Assembly: GCF_000143415.4 (NCBI RefSeq)
Contig: NW_003314267.1
Span: 574,817-638,816, forward strand
Source of the DNA: Selaginella moellendorffii
Lineage: Eukaryota > Plantae > Lycopodiophyta
Direction of reading: 5' to 3'
Length of the DNA stretch: 64,000 nucleotides
The position numbers and the translations under genes were made by a program. A model generated the notes under the pieces. That model was not told where the DNA came from. It ran no database searches and saw nothing but the letters and a program-made list of their open reading frames with translations. Shown here one piece after another: positions 10,793 to 21,745 of the stretch (within the stretch, counting starts at the first letter, position 1; each line of letters begins with the position of its first letter).

Positions 10793-13586
10793 TTCTTTGT
10801 AACGAAGCTTACGGGCCATGCTTCTTCGTGGTGGAAGAACTACATCAAAGCTAATCTGAAGCCAACTTCTTAGACTGATTTGACAAAGGTTTTCTGTGCT
10901 TTATTTGTCAAGAATTTTGAAGAGGTTGATCTCATGAATCAGTTGTTAGAGATCCGGCAGGGGACTTTGTCTTTGGATGTGTATGCCCGCAAGTTCCATG
11001 ATCTTTGCCTTAGTCTCACAGGCACCTATAATGAGCTGCTAAAGGTGCAATGTTTTATTAAAGGATTGAACTTGGTGGATGTGTAACAGAAGGTCAAGAA
11101 GGATTTTCCAGCAACATTGACTGATGCTATCACTAAAGCTCAGATATTTTCGCCCGAACCATCAGTCAACTCGGTCAACTCTGGTGGTCTACGGGGTGGT
11201 CAACGTGATGACCAGCTCACCAATGCCTCATATTCGGGGAAGAAACAGCCATTGTTCCATTGTGGCTCAAAAAATGAAGATGGCAGTGAGGCTATGAAAC
11301 TTTGTTTGGACCAGCGAGAGAAAGACAAAGCAGAAGGCAATTGTTTTCGTTGCCATAGGGTTGGACATCAGAGCAAGGATTGTTTTGAAGGGGTCAATGA
11401 ATGATAAGGTGACTGTGGTGGAAATTATAGGCAATGATGTCAGTGATAGTGCTTTTGGGGCCGTATTGTTTCAAGTTAGGCATTCTCTCGCATTCATGAG
11501 TCACAAGTTTGATGCCACACAACAGAATTGACGTACTCGAGAATAGTGACATTCTCTATATAGATCGGACTTCCATGTGGATTCAAACCATTAGTCTCTC
11601 CAATATTTCAGTCGACAAAAGGATCTTCGAGGCCGCTTTGCTCGTTGGCAAGAGTTCATGCAGGAAATATCTGTTAAGATCTGGTACAAGCATGGAGGTG
11701 ACAATAAGGTGGCTGATGTGTTATCTAGGATGGTAAATTCTATCTCGTTCGTGAAGCTATCCAACGATCTCTTGGATGAGCTTAAGGAGTTTGTTGACTT
11801 CGACTCCTTTATCACTGATATTCGCGCGAAGGTTTTGTTGAGGGATGCTTCTACAGATTTGAAGGGTGACAAATTTACATCATTCAAAATAGAAGATGGA
11901 ATCCTGGTGAAGAAGGGACTTGTAGTGGTTCCTCGTGTTGACAAACTCATCAAACGGATTTTGGTTGAGTGTCATGATGTGCCAAGTGCTGGGCATCCGG
12001 GGGTATTGAGAATGTATATGTTGGTGAAGAGGCATTTCTTTTGGCCTGGGATGAAGTCAGATGTTGAAAAGTACATATGTGGTTGCTTGACCTACCAAGC
12101 GGTCAAAGTTGACTGGCCTCTATCATCCTTTACGTGTACCTAAGAATAAGTGGGATAGCATATTGATGGACTTTATCACTGGTTTGCCCAAAACTTTTCG
12201 AAGAAATAATGCTATTTGGGTTGTTGTGGATCATTTGACAAAGATAGCTCACTTCTTCTCTGTGAAGACAACGATAAAAGCTTCTGAACTTGCTTAGTTG
12301 TTTGTAGACCAATTATTTAGTCTTTATGGTTTGCCGGGTGACATTGTGAGTGATCGGGATCCTAAGTTCACGTCCAAGTTTTGGCAAACGGTCTTTGAGA
12401 AGGTAGAGACTAAGCTGAGCATGAGTAGTGGTGAGCATCCAGCAGACAAAGCGCATGAATCAACTATTAGAAGATATGCTACGGTCTTTTGTGGGAAACT
12501 TGACTCGATAGGAAGTATGGGAAAAATACTTGCCTTTGCTTCAGTTTGCTCACAATAGTGCTCATCAATCAGCTATTGGCATGTCTCCTTTTATGGCAAT
12601 GTATGGCTATGAGCCTAGGTCTCCTATGAGTTTGAATTTGGCTTTGGTTCGGGTTCCTCATGCTTGTGATTTCCTGGAGGATATGCAAGACAAGCTTGAG
12701 TTGACAAAATTGAACATGAGGCAAGCTCAAGAACGAGACAAAAGATTGGCTGATGAGCATTGTCGTCATCAAGAGTACAAAGTTGGTGACAAGGTTTTCC
12801 TTAAGCTGTTAGATGCACAACGGTCTTTGAAAGGAGGTGGCAGTGCTAAGTTGTCTCCACGGTATTGTGGGCTTTTGACAATTTTACAGCGTGTGGGGGA
12901 TCTTGCATACACTTTAGACTTGCTAGTTAATTTGAAGATTCATCCAACGTTCCATGTGAGCAAGCTTAAAGTGTGTTTGCACTTTGGTGATATCGTGGAT
13001 CAGTCCATCATCCAGGTTCCAGAGATTGATGCAGAGAAGGCTGGTCTGGCCAATATTCTTGCTCAAAGATTGGTGAAAACACGCCGGAAGACAACTAGGG
13101 AGTCGTTAGTTCAGTGGAATGGTTATTCCATGGACGAAGCTACATGGGAAATTGAGGATGACATGAAGAGAGTGTTTCTGAGTTTTGGTTATGACTTGGA
13201 TGACATTTTTGAGGAAGGGGAGAATTGAGTTTTATAGCCGTATTGCTATATGATTTGAGCTATTTGTTCTATTCTTGTTCTCTTGTTTCCATGACTGTAT
13301 TGTTATGTGAGAAAGCTGTATTGCTTTCTTTCTTTCATGACTGTTTGTCACAATGTTGGTGTTGCTGTTTGCACATCTTTTCTCCATGGCCGTATTGCAT
13401 TAGACTCCTTTCATGTGAGGCTATTTAGCTTCTCGAGGCTACTGTATGTGGCTGGGTCATGAAGGAGGGGAAAATGACACAAACCACAAGAATATTCCAA
13501 GAATATTCTATGGCCTGTGGGATTTAAGGCCATAACGCCTTAAGGGTTGGGAGGTTGGCCTAGGGTTCGCTCTCTTGTTCATTTCA
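10793..13586 (+). mobile_element. Gypsy/chromovirus LTR element, 3' part: gag, RNase H, integrase, chromodomain, PPT and 3' LTR; protease and RT deleted
   Basis: Contains KLTGHASSWW gag, a CFRCHRVGHQSKDC zinc knuckle and DVSDSAFGAVL RNase H. Integrase motifs are HDVPSAGHPG, MDFITGLP, IVSDRDPKFTS and HPTFHVSKLK, and the chromodomain reads LVQWNGYSMDEATWE. PPT GAAGGAGGGGAAAA at 13461-13474. Confidence 0.92.
13475..13586 (+). repeat. 112-bp 3' LTR (TG...CA) followed by TSD CTACA
   Basis: About 10 mismatches to the reverse complement of 19200-19311; directly follows the PPT. Confidence 0.92.
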
Positions 13587-15326
13587 CTACATCATGGAAT
13601 CAATTCTTGTGGAATGCCATGCTCTCTACCTTCGCATCAAACAGCCATCTTGACCATGCAAAGCTGTTGTTTGATCTAATGCCCGAATGGGATGTTGCTT
13701 CATGGTCGATCATGATCACTGCCTTCTCCAGGCATGGCTTACTCCTACAGTCAAAAGAAGTTTTCAATTCCATGAGAGAGAGAGGCCTTGTAGCATGGAA
13801 TGCAATGATCTTAGCATATGAGACAAACAGGCATTTGGATAAAGCAATGCAGCTCTTTGAGCTTATGCAGAAAGGAGCTTAATCTCTTGATCCATAATTC
13901 TATCCAAATCCACCAACTTCTTTTAAATAACGACACTCTTCAGCTCCATGCCTGAGAGAGATCTTGTTGCTTGGAACTCTCAGCTATCAGCACTTGGCCA
14001 AGCTGGGCATTTGCAGGAGGCGAAGGACATCTTCTCCAACATGCCAAAATTTGATGCTCTGTCTTTTACGTCCATGATTCAGTGCTTTGGCCAGCACGGC
14101 CTTTTGGAAGATGCCAAGTATTTCTTCCTCGCACTGCCTCACAAGGATTTGGTTGCCTGCACGGTTTTTCTTGTTGTCTTGGTGGAAAGTGGCTGCTTTC
14201 ACAAGGCAAAGAATCTGTTTGAGTCGATTGAGTGTATAGATGTGGTTTCATGCGCGGTAATCCTGTCCGCTTACGCAGATCACAACGACAGTAGCATCGC
14301 TGAGGCTGAGCAAATCTTTTACACCATGCAGCGCCACAACACGTTTGCTTGCACTGCAATCCTGCGCTTGTATTCTCGGCAAGGACAGACTCACGACGCC
14401 GAAGCCATATATTTAGGTCTGCCTGATCAAGGCGAGCATTTAGTCCCGGCAACCGCTCTCATTACAGCATATGCTTGCAATGGGCATCTGAAAAAAGTAC
14501 AGAAACTCTTTGATGGAATGAAGGAGCGAAACGAGGTTACGTGGACTGCCATGCCGACAGGATATGTAAACAACCACAGGCTAGAGGACGCCCTGTGGAA
14601 TTTTGAGAAAATGCCGGGTCACAGCGAGATACCAGTGATTGTGCTCATGTCGGGGTATGCCCGAAGTGGACATATGCTTTTTGCTAAGAGAATTTTTGAC
14701 AACTCCAGTGAAAAGAGTGCTATTGCTTTCAATGCTCTCTTGTCTGGTTTTTCATCAAATTCGCAGTTACTGGAAGCCAAAAGTGTGTTCGATTCAATCC
14801 AAGAAAGAAATCAATCTTCATGGAGTGCAATGCTTTCTGCATATACCCAAAACGGGCATCTGGATATGGCAAATCGGATGTTCTTAACAATGCCGGACAA
14901 GGATTTCATATCTTGCTGGCAGCATACTCTTGGATTGGGGCCATTTCCAGAGCCTTGGATGCCTTTCAAACCATGGTCACTACTAATACACCTGATGAAG
15001 CTAGGTTAACAGCTTTGCCCACGTCATGTGCTCACAAAGGCACTGCTGCCATAGCTTGGGATCTCTTTGTGTCTTTCCAGTTTGATCACTCCATCAAACC
15101 CTCAAAGCAGCACTACTCGTGTATGATTGGTGTGCTTGTCTGGTCAGGGTATATCCAAGACGCTGAGAATCTTCTGTGGGAGATGCCATACTACCCAGAT
15201 TCCATGCATTGGAAGTGCTTGCTTGGAGCTGTAGTGAGTGGAGATGCAATGAAAAATGCCATTAGTGTGGAGCCTAGTAACAGTGCTGCATATGTTCTTA
15301 TTGCCAATTCTCACATAGTTACATAG
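13587..15326 (+). pseudogene. PPR (PLS-E type) pseudogene B, 3' part
   Basis: ORFs 13547..13882, 13948..15009 and 14820..15326 carry tandem PPR motifs and an E-domain-like end (HYSCMIGVL...W.CLLGA...AAYVLIAN). A 10-nt deletion near 14913 relative to the copy at ~21550 causes a frameshift. Confidence 0.88.
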
Positions 15327-15388
15327 CTTAGATATTTTCAAGAGATTATATCAATTTTTACAACTATATCAAATTTTCTTACAAGGTG

Positions 15389-15830
15389 TCATGGTTTTTG
15401 TTGGCTATTTGATCGGCATTTATACCCATGGAATCCATATGGAACTCCAGCAGGCAACTCTAGAAAAGCCACTGTCTCAAGCGTGGGCGATTTGGCATCT
15501 ATGACCAAAAGCTCCAAGACACCATTTTTCTCATCATGGATGTAGCTTAAGACGTATCCATCACCTTCCTCCTCGCCATTCGCCACAAAACTTACCACGT
15601 TTGAATCTCCTTGATGCCACAATGCACAGCTCCTTGAGGTCCAGGTCACTTGTTCTGTCAATTACCACACTGGACAGCCGTGGAGCGTCCAGATCAACCT
15701 TGGCCAGGCCCGAGAATTTGGGCCATGGCCCATAGTTGTAGATGTACCGGTTCTTCTGCCCCAGGAGTTTCTGGTTGATCTTTCCAAAATCCAGTCCCAC
15801 CAAGCACACATGTTGCTTCCACGACCGAGA
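15389..15830 (-). pseudogene. Carotenoid cleavage dioxygenase (CCD4/NCED-like) C-terminal fragment
   Basis: GKINQKLLGQKNRYIY, PWPKFSGLAKVDL, EGDGYVLSYIHDE and LPAGVPYGFHG occur in two frames; the N-terminal part is absent. Confidence 0.85.
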
Positions 15831-15867
15831 TTGAGATAGTTATCCTTACCTCAAAACCAAATTTTAA

Positions 15868-16310
15868 GAGTGGTTGTACAAGTGATTGTTGTGTGGCTTG
15901 CTGCTTGGATAATTTCTGGGGGATTTCACTTTGTAAGTGAATTCAATATAACCAATAGTCATGTAGAACAGTGTGTCCTTGGAAAGTCTGAACGTTCTTA
16001 GTTTTGAAGTGTGGCAGGACTAGATTCTTAGTTGCGGGGAAAAAATTCTCTCCATAATTTATATGGATCTATGCTTAGAACTAATGTTAAGAAAACATAA
16101 TATGTGATTCCCACAGGCAAAGCTTTTGTACCAGTGTGACATCACGGTTTGAAGAATCTGTACCGATCATGATCGCATATTAATTTACAGCCCCACTTTC
16201 GACATGCATCCCATAGCTGCAAAGACGATGGTGGTGTAGGTCAAGACACTAATCTCCGAATTGATGATTGTTTCTACAACTCTCAAGGCACTAGCCAAGA
16301 TTGCATCAAC
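15868..16310 (+). pseudogene. Degenerate second copy of the CVNH-like gene
   Basis: Shares LKCGRT and CKDDGGVGQDTNLRIDDCFYNSQGTSQDC with 19533-19922; has deletions and frameshifts. Confidence 0.7.
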
Positions 16311-16344
16311 AGATATGCTTTTTTTCTCATAGAGAGCAATGTAT

Positions 16345-17493
16345 GGTCAAGAGGTTTTATTGGATGGAATAAAAAAGTGTAGCAATCTATCTGCAGCTTG
16401 TAAGCTTCACAATGAGATCAAGCACGTCGTTGTGGCAGGAGATTCTTTGGCATCCAATTTTCTGGTGCAAATGTATGGGAGGTGTGGATGACCCGAGGCA
16501 GCATGGCAAGTATCTAGATCGAGGAGTGGAATGCCATGCCACATCAAACAGCCATCTTGACCAAGAAAAGCAGTTGTTTGATCGAATGGGACCTTGCTTC
16601 ATGGTCGATCATGATCATGTTAGAGGTAGAGATGATGTGGCATGTAGTTATGCCCACGTGGCAGTAGTTCCATGTATATGTACCATCTATATACAGTTGA
16701 ATATAGAGAGAGAGAAAGTTCTTGTTCCTCATGTGCATCTCTCCATTGCTAACATGGTATCTAAGCAATTGGCTCCTTGATTTTGGGCATGGCGCTTGCT
16801 GGCCAAGAGGCCAGTGACGAGGAGGAGGATGAGCCTCTTGATTGCAATCCCTTTTTGCAATGCTTGAAGCTTTTTTTGGATGTGCTAGATGCTTGAGGCA
16901 TTGCATCAAGGCACTAGGCCGTGTAGAGGCGTTGAGCAGCAAGCAGTAGCAAGTAGAGCATAAAGCCAGTGGGAGATTGAGAGATTTCAGCAACCCACAT
17001 CAAAAATTGGATCAAGCAAGATTCAAGAACATTGCATAACAGCAATTGGGAAGGATGCTTATGGAGATTCAAGTGCTTGGTAGCAGTAGAAGTGGGAGCC
17101 TGGCAGTTCATAGCCAAGACCACATGCTAGTGGCAAGATTGAAGCCATAGCAAGGAGCAAAGAGTGTGCAAGCAAGTTCAAGACCAAGAACCAAATTTTG
17201 GGTTGATTGATGAGTTTTTCATATGCTTTTCTCATCAACTCTCCATGCTCATCATCTCAGACTAGCTAGGCACGATTAGATTCAGGCTCGGATCAGCCGC
17301 CTGATCGTGAGTGGGAGTGTTAAAGGTAGACATGATGTGGCATGTAGTTATGCCCATGTGGCAGTAGTTCCATGTATATGTACCAGTTGAATACAGAGAG
17401 AGAGAAAGTTCTTCCTCCTCATGCGCATCTCTCTACTGCTAACAGATCATTGCCTTCCCTTGGCATGGCTTACTACTGTTTTTTATTCCATGA

Positions 17494-17527
<34 letters not shown>

Positions 17528-18237
17528 CAGAGAGGCTGAAATACAATGATAGTATGCCACAAACAGGCATTTGGATAAAGAAATGCATCTTTGAGCTTAT
17601 GCCAGAAAGGAGCTAATCTCTTAGACCACAATTCTATCAAAGACAACCAACATATGCCAATTAAGGACTCTGTTTATGCCGAGAGATCTTGTTTCTTGGA
17701 ACTCTCATCTAGCAGCAACTGCCCAAGCTGGGCATTTGCAGGAAGTGAAGAACATCTTTTCCAACATGCCAGAGTTTGCTCCTCTGTCGTTCATGCCCAG
17801 TGCTTTGGCCACCCTCATAAGGATTTGGTTGTGTCCATTTCTTTTCTTGTCATCTTGGTGGAAAGTGGCTGCTTCACAAGTCCATTGTCTTGTGCTGTGC
17901 TTGCACAGATCACGACGACAGTCGAGGCTGAGCAGAATTTTTACAGCATGCAGTGTTTATGCTGCAGTTGTATTCTCAAGAATTGACTCATGACACTGAA
18001 GCCATATATTTAGGTCTGCCTGATCAAGGCAATCATTTAGTTTGGGAACATCTAAAGAATCTCTTTGATGAATGATGAGACAAGGTTACGTGGACTGCCA
18101 TGCTGACAGGGTATGTTAACTACCAGAAGTTGGAGGAAGTGTTCGAAACAATGCCAATCACAGCGTGATAGCAGATTGTGCTCTTGCCCGAAATGGACGT
18201 ATGCTTTTTGCGAAGAGAATGTTTGACAACTCCAATG
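16345..18237 (+). pseudogene. PPR pseudogene C (deleted paralogue of B, interrupted by a TRIM-like element)
   Basis: NFLVQMYGRCG*PEAAWQ, then blocks colinear with 13610-14710. Confidence 0.8.
16618..17444 (+). mobile_element. 827-bp non-autonomous miniature LTR retrotransposon (TRIM-like, copia-type ends)
   Basis: LTRs at 16618-16754 and 17318-17444 (TGTTA...TAACA). PBS TGGTATCTAAGC at 16755 and PPT GAGTGGGAG at 17309-17317. TSD GATCA at 16613-16617 and 17445-17449. Confidence 0.93.
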
Positions 18238-18239
18238 TT

Positions 18240-18392
18240 CTTGAATATGCTATCATAATAAGGAGGGAGTGCTGAACTTTCTGGGCTGGCGGATCCAGCC
18301 AATGGCAGCTGTCCAATAGGGGGTAATTGTAAAAGGGTTATTTCTTTAACCATGTCTTAGTGAATAATTGTGTTGATGTTTGCTCCTAGCCA
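18240..18392 (+). mobile_element. Possible copia-type 3' end remnant (PPT plus short LTR)
   Basis: AAGGAGGGAG followed by TGCTGAAC...TCCTAGC, lying between two oppositely oriented PPR pieces. Confidence 0.3.
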
Positions 18393-18399
18393 ATGGGAG

Positions 18400-18798
18400 G
18401 CAGCCAAACTGCGTGAGAGAAGAAGGTGTAGCAACATGTGTCACATGCATGTGTTCTGTAGCAGATCTCACTAGAGTTCCAACCCTTATGCTGGAGCTTG
18501 TGGAAAAGATCCAGTGCCAATCAATGCAATTTGAGATTGTGGGCAATGCCAGTCTAGGAGACTAGATTTGGATCTGGCATGGCATGGAAGATCGCAATCA
18601 AGATGGCCGAATTGGATGTAGCTCATGAGGATGGTGTTCAAGGACATTGGTTGCTCTCTCTTGCCCTGGAGAGGAGGATCTTTGTCTTGCGCAAATGCCC
18701 ATTCGAGGCCAATGCTTTGATCATGGCATTGTAGCTCGATTTGGGAGAAGATCTGCCATACCTCCGCAACATCCACGATTTGGGCATATGCATCGATG
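18400..18798 (-). pseudogene. PPR pseudogene A, displaced 3' part
   Basis: IIDAYAQIVDVAEVWQIF and SLNTILMSYIQFGHLD; joins 10792 in frame. Confidence 0.75.
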
Positions 18799-19311
18799 AT
18801 CTTCACCTTATCCTCACAAGGATTGTGAGACCAACAACTTTCCCACAATTCCAACCAAGAATCAACCTCTTGACTATCACAAACATCTGGTGATGACTTC
18901 CATTCCATAATACCATAATCCTTGGCATGCTTGACGTACCAATGGTAATCATAGACATGAGATCGATTCAATCCTTGAGGGTCCATGTGAAGCAAGAAAT
19001 CCTTAATGAGATTGACAGAATCCTTAACCTCCTTTATGTCACTCTAAACTGCAGAAATCTAGCGTTCTTGCCACACAACGACATCATCAAGAGTCTCTTC
19101 CGCATCGTCATAGCTATCATCACTAATGCCATACTCCTCATCAGGATCAATCTCTTGCTCACCTGCCATCCCCAAAAGAACGTGCTGCTCTGATACCAAT
19201 GAGATGATTAAGAGAGCAAACCCTAGGCCAACCTCCCAACCCTTAAGGCATTACGGCCTTAAATCCCACAGGCCATAGAATATTCTTGAAATATTCCTGT
19301 GGTTCATGTCA
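18799..19311 (-). mobile_element. 5' part of the same chromovirus element: 5' LTR (19200-19311), tRNA-iMet PBS (19187-19198) and gag N-terminus
   Basis: Minus strand CTACA|TGACATGAACC...CATCTCA-T-TGGTATCAGAGC, then gag-like VDSWLELWE...EDKVKI. Confidence 0.9.
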
Positions 19312-19475
19312 TGTAGAGCCATGGAAGATTTGCCATGCTGCCTCTGGGCATCCACACCTCCCATACATTTGCACCACCAAATTGCATGCCAAGCTCTTGC
19401 CGCGAGGAGGTGCTCAATCTCATTGTGGAGCTTAGAAGCTGTGGATAGATTGGTTCACTTCTTTATTGCATCCAA
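19312..19475 (-). pseudogene. PPR pseudogene B, 5' part
   Basis: VQMYGRCGCPEAAWQIFHGST continues in frame into SWNQFLWNAML at 13592; paralogous to 16360-16510. Confidence 0.85.
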
Positions 19476-19532
19476 CAAAAGCTCTCAAAAATCTAGTGCT
19501 AATATGGTTCTCTGTAAGAAAAAACCATATAA

Positions 19533-19922
19533 TCATGCACAATCTTGGATGGTTCCTTGGTTGTTGTAGAAACAATCATCAATTCGGAAATTAGTGTCAT
19601 GATCCGCACCACTGTTGTCTTTGCACATCGCATAGTAGACCAACTTTGGGATGGTTTCATTGTTATACAAGTAACCTGTGGGCGTGCATATCTCTAAGAA
19701 ATTTGTCCTGCCACACTTTAAATTCCCATTATCATTGTGGATGTGATTGTCCAAGACCAAATAAATCTGAGATTTTTCAGGGAGACACCATTCTAAATGA
19801 ATATAGATTAGGGTGAATTCAAATATAGGACAAGTAAGTGAGAAATCCCCACACCCAAATGTTTTAGGAATGATCAAAGTAGCAAGCGAGGCAACAATAG
19901 AAACTATCAATTGCACACCCAT
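19533..19922 (-). CDS. Secreted cyanovirin-N homologue (CVNH lectin-like), 129 aa, intronless
   Basis: Hydrophobic N-terminus, then GDFSLTC, LDNHIHNDNGNLK...NFLEIC and AMCK...IDDCFYNNQGTI. These align by eye to cyanovirin-N GKFSQTC, LNSVIENVDGSLK...NFIETC and AECK...LDDHIANIDGTL. Confidence 0.75.
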   Translation of the reverse strand: MGVQLIVSIVASLATLIIPKTFGCGDFSLTCPIFEFTLIYIHLEWCLPEKSQIYLVLDNHIHNDNGNLKCGRTNFLEICTPTGYLYNNETIPKLVYYAMCKDNSGADHDTNFRIDDCFYNNQGTIQDCA

Positions 19923-20064
19923 TCTAAAAATTAGTTTTCTGGAAGTACAAATGCTGAGATTTATTGGCAAGGGAAAATCCAATCAACCTTTATGAAGCAA
20001 AATTTTTTGCCATGTAGTCCATGTAAGATTCGGTGGTGAAGTAGCTAAATATTCTTATTGATGA

Positions 20065-20850
20065 ACAAACATGTTCGAGAACATTAGGGTTGTCAAACAT
20101 TCTCTTTGCAAAAAGCACACATCAATTTCGGGCAAGAGCACAATCTGCTATCATGCTGTGATCAGCATTGCTTCAAACGCTTCCTCCAACTTCTAGTAGT
20201 TAACATACCCTGTCAGCATGGCAGTCCACGTAACCTCGTCTCATCATTCATCAAAGAGATTCTTTAGATGTTGCCGGACTAAATGATCGCCTTGATCAGG
20301 CAGACCTAAATATATGGCTTTAGCGTCATGAGTCTGTTCTTGAGAGCAGGATTGCAGTGCAAGCAAATGCTGCATGCTGTAAAAATTCTTCTCAGCCTCA
20401 ACTGTCGTCATGATCTGCACAAGCACAGCACAAGACAATGGACTCGTGAAGCAGCCACTTTCCGCCAAGATGACAAGAAAAGTAGTGGACACAACCAAAT
20501 CCTTATGAGGGTGGCCAAAGCACTGGGCGTGAATGATAGAGGAGCAAACTTTGGCATGTTGGAAAAGATGTTCTTCACCCTTGCAAATGCCCAGTTTGGG
20601 CAGTTGCTGCTAGATGAGAAATCCAAGAAACAAGATCTTTCGGCATAAACAGAGTCCTTAATTGGCATATGTTGGTTGTTTGTGGTCTAAGAGATTAGCT
20701 CCTTTCCGGCATAAGCTCAAAGATGCATTGCTTTATCCAAATGCCCATTTGTGGCATACTATCATTGCATTCTAGCCTCTCTCTCATTTTTTCAAAAATC
20801 CACAAGGTGTCCTCTAGCCTATGGTTGTTTACATATTCTGTCAACATGGT
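20065..20850 (-). pseudogene. PPR pseudogene D (close copy of 17520-18237)
   Basis: ORF 20408..20668 (MPIKDSVYAERSCF) is near-identical to 17591..17986. Confidence 0.85.
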
Positions 20851-20855
20851 AGTCC

Positions 20856-21180
20856 ACGGAACTAGTATGTCTACATGTGCTACTATGGGCAATGGCCTAA
20901 ATTCTCAAGCCTAGCCAAGGTTTATTTAGACGCTCTTGGTCGACTAATTAGATGGTTTTTACTATTACAAAAATATAATTTTGAAATAGTATATAGACCT
21001 AGAAAATTCTATAAACAAGCCAATTACATAAAGTGTATCATTATAAAAGAGTTACCTAATACTAAAGTAAACAAACTCTCAAATGTTATTTATTTGCAAT
21101 TTCCGAACCTACCACTTGGTTGGAAGATATATAAATCTATCTTTCTATGGGTTCCGTTCCACCCCACTATAACTTGCTAA
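20856..21180 (+). other. Chimeric remnant: CCD fragment fused to a Gypsy RNase H fragment
   Basis: YYGQWPKFSSLAKVYLDA runs directly into GRLIRWFLLLQKYNFEIVYRP. Confidence 0.65.
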
Positions 21181-21319
21181 AGAAAAAGAAATTGTTTATT
21201 TTAAAGACATTGAATTTTGACTTCTTAGAAAGTTATTCAACCCAGTATTATTCAAACCCAATGACAGTTAACTAATTTCGAGATAGGACCCAAGAAAGAG
21301 TCTGAGATGGAGTTTGCGA

Positions 21320-21745
21320 ACAAGCACATTAATCATACATGAGTAGTGCTGCTTTGAGGGTTTGATGAAGTGATCAAACTAGAAAGACACAAAGAGATCT
21401 TGAGCTATGGCAGTAGTGCCTTTATGAGCACATGATGTGAGCAAAGTTGTTAACCTAGCTTCATCAGGTGTATTAGTAGCGACCATGGTTTGAAAGGCAT
21501 CCAAGGCTTTGGAAATGGCCCCAATCCAAGAGTATGCCACCAGCATTGCGTCCCAAGATATGAAATCCTTGTCTGGCATTGTTAAGAATATCTAATTTGC
21601 CATACCCAGATGCTCATTTTGGGTATATGCAGAAAGCATTGCACTCCATGAAGATTGATTTCTTTCTTGGATTGAATCAAACACACTTTGGGCTTCCAGT
21701 AACTGTGAATTTGATGATAAACCAGACAAGAGAGCATTGAAAGCA
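21320..21745 (-). pseudogene. PPR pseudogene E (copy of ~14725-15135)
   Basis: MPDKDFISWDAMLVAYSWIGAISKALDAF is colinear with the end of PPR-B. Confidence 0.85.
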
